Shown in pieces: positions 61,372 through 64,000 of a DNA stretch of 64,000 nt. The DNA lies in NCBI GenBank assembly GCA_030390025.1, contig CM059432.1:92630001-92694000 (forward strand), in the 5' to 3' direction. This DNA is from Squalus acanthias. Its lineage: Eukaryota. The translations under genes were made by a program, and so were the position numbers. The notes under the pieces were generated by a model. That model did not search any database. It saw only the letters and a program-made list of their open reading frames with translations, and was not told the DNA's origin. Every line of letters starts with the position of its first letter. Position 1 is the stretch's first letter.

Positions 61372-62945
61372 CTGCAGGATGCCATCATGAGACGGTAAGC
61401 ATTAACAAGAAAAGTGAACACAAGACAGATCACTACCACTGTAAATTTGATCGATTTTAAACATTTCAAACTTTACTATCCTTAGTAATAGTAAGGGATA
61501 ATTCTAAAGTAGCCAGATTTTTCAGAAGTGGTTTGCAGGATATATCTATAAGCTATGGTCAGCTCCTGAATAGGCAATGGCCTAATCACAAGGGTGTAGA
61601 TATATATTCTTGCAGAAGCTTTTTAAAAATGTTTAAAAATAAGGATGTACAAGACTAAGTGCATCTGAAATACTAACTCTGCAGTGCTCATTGACCTATC
61701 TTGTAAGTTTATAATACTCTCAGCCTAAATACATCTCGGTTCAAGATAAAGTTATATGCAACAACTCTGGCCCATTTGCTCCAGGGCTCAAGAAAACCAA
61801 CAAAAAAATTTAATTGCTCAAATTTGTGGGTTTTTTTTTAAAGTCAATTATTGTTTCAGTTCCAAAAGCAGAGAACAATATAGTAATGACAGAATAATTT
61901 TCCATAATTCTACTTCATAGTTTGAACATTGGGTCAGATGTTAGTAACATGCACTACAAAAACCTCTAATTATAAAAAAAAAACCTTGGTTTTGATCAAG
62001 AATCAAATAGCATTAAAATATAACCCAGCAGAGTAAAATGCACTACAAAATGAATGCAAGCAAAAATTCAGTAGCAACTCTGGTCCAAGTTTAAAATTCT
62101 AGTATACCGTTCCCATTCAGAAATCACAATCAATGCATAAAATGTCTTACAAAGTAGTCAAGCTTCAAGTAATCAAGATTCAACTGTAGAGAGGTTACAA
62201 GTGTTAGTGTTAAGTGATCCATCACATAGGTTAAAAGGGTAAGTATATGCTGCCAAATTTACATATAATCCTAAAAGGAGAATTCCTGACATTTAGCAGG
62301 GTTACTCAAGTCACATGATTACTGTATTTTATGCTTCAGAATTGGTGGTTAGAGGCAACTTGTAACAGATACTTGTTGAACTTCCCCCAAATATAACATG
62401 GAAGTTCTGCTCCAGCACCATTATGAATGGTGTTTGTAGTCCACAATCCATTCAGTGTCAAACTGGGGCATGTCACGAATGTTTGTTTCCAGAGTGCTTC
62501 CAACCAGCAGTCCCTACTTCTTTTTTCTCCCCCCCCACCCCACTCCTCAATTTTTCTTTCCTCATGGTTCTGACTTGAGATGGAGTATAGCGCTGATGCC
62601 AGCAGCCCTCCAGTACCTCATGCAAGTGGCTATTCTTGGCACACAAGCCTCGACAATAACTGCCAGGCCATTTAACCAGAGGAGAAGGGCATCACAACAG
62701 AGCCAGATCCTGCCCTCACATGATGAACTTGTGTACTTTCTGGTGTTGGTCACTAGAAAGAGATCAAAAGTGTCAACCCCTAAATGATTTCTTCCTCTAT
62801 AGCCGAGTGGCATTGAAGCCAATTGCTACACCCCTACTGACGACCATATCACCTAAAACACCATAAAGCAGAACTTGGGACTTCTGAATGATTAGTACCT
62901 AAATAGGTGGTGCATTAACCAGCAGTTCTAAAGCATAAAACAGTA

Positions 62946-62950
<5 letters not shown>

Positions 62951-62986
<36 letters not shown>
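62951..62986. repeat. (GA)18 microsatellite
   Basis: Perfect dinucleotide run. Confidence 0.97.
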
Positions 62987-62988
<2 letters not shown>

Positions 62989-63133
62989 AAATGTAAAAGT
63001 ATGTTCTTTCATAAAAAGGATTATGGCAAACTTCAGTAGAATATAATTCCTGTTTTGAATAAAGTCAACAGACAGGCAAATATCCTCATTATGCTATGAT
63101 TTGTCTGCAGCAGTACAATTGCAACACTTCAGA

Positions 63134-63529
63134 GGGCCTGAAAATCAATCCATTCAGAGACCGATCCAAGGTGGTATGCAGGCAATGAAATAATGCTGTG
63201 GCAATTCTAGCAATGCCTGGGCCCAAACATTCCTGTGGCCGGAGAGAGCAGAAGTCACATTTACACCCATGAGACAGAGGGAAGGCAGTTTATGGGCTGC
63301 ATCCCGGCTCATCCATCTCGTTTGGTCCAGACCTTTAAATTCCGGTCGGGTGGGGGAAGGGTAGGGAATATTTATCTGCCCTCTTCATACAAAGGGGGTG
63401 TTTTTGGGTAACTGTGGAATTCCCAAGCTTTCCTGGGAAGTTTCTCCCTTTATACCCTTGACAGACCTCAGCAAAACTCATACCAGTTAAAACATGGCAT
63501 GAATCCCTTTTGAGGCCTTTTACGGGCCC
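63134..63529. mobile_element. Possible Harbinger-like MITE
   Basis: Ends GGGCCTGAAAAT / TTTTACGGGCCC; no clear TSD. Confidence 0.3.
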
Positions 63530-64000
63530 CAAACCTTCTCTACAGCAATGTAAAATAGATTGCAGAGGTGCTTCATTACCATCTCTAGTTGTAGTGGGAG
63601 CTGAAGAGATTTAACAAAAAAAAATTATTCATCCCACTTAGGCTTCTTTACAAAGGAGCATTGGCTCAATTTAGCATGGCCACCACTGATGTGCTCTTGC
63701 ATGTGCAGGTAGGCCACACTCTCTATGCAAAGGACCCGGGTCCGTGGAACATGTATGCACGCACACACATTTCAAGTTTATGAAAACCGGAAGAAAACTG
63801 TGCGCAATCAATATGTTTAATGCATTTCACTTGTGCAAACAGGTTAGTAAAAGAACCCAAATTAAATGTTTTTGAAAGAAAGCTGAAGGTTGCTCTCCTG
63901 GTGAGATATCTTGCTACAACAGAGATGCAGCAAAATAGGTGTATAGAGGTATAATGTCAATCCAGAAATAGAGTTCTTCCTTACTTCAAAAAAGGACAAG

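Noticed and set aside
61400..64000. Further upstream TPD52 exon (...SAAFSSVGS...KKLEDV)
   Set aside because: No matching frame found; it probably lies right of the window.

Overview
Eukaryotic vertebrate DNA; the repeat families point to a cartilaginous fish (shark). Two host genes lie on the minus strand in the same order as in human. TPD52 contributes its last four coding exons (27-nt and 42-nt alternative microexons, a 49-nt exon and the terminal exon, 58647-61371) plus a 3' UTR. MRPS28 follows, with coding exon 1 at 46554-46751 in a CpG island; exon 2 was not found, so 1-46553 appears to be intron 1. The remainder is mostly transposable elements: CR1, L2 and RTE LINEs, a tRNA-headed LINE, several SINE families, PIF/Harbinger and hAT MITEs, Penelope-type inverted-repeat insertions and LTR relics. 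Most notable: (1) an intact, very young 4.4-kb Gypsy element (17430-21849) with identical 183-bp LTRs, a CTAAA TSD, a YLDN RT motif and no tRNA PBS; instead a 12-nt sequence at the PBS position is complementary to the LTR's own poly(A)-signal segment, suggesting self-priming; (2) fold-back Penelope-like inserts carrying minimal hammerhead-ribozyme cores; (3) an intron-containing TRIM (A33-like) gene fragment inside the MRPS28 intron; (4) a tRNA-headed LINE and a matching short derivative. A ~500-N gap lies just inside MRPS28 intron 1. All family assignments come from motif recognition, not database searches.
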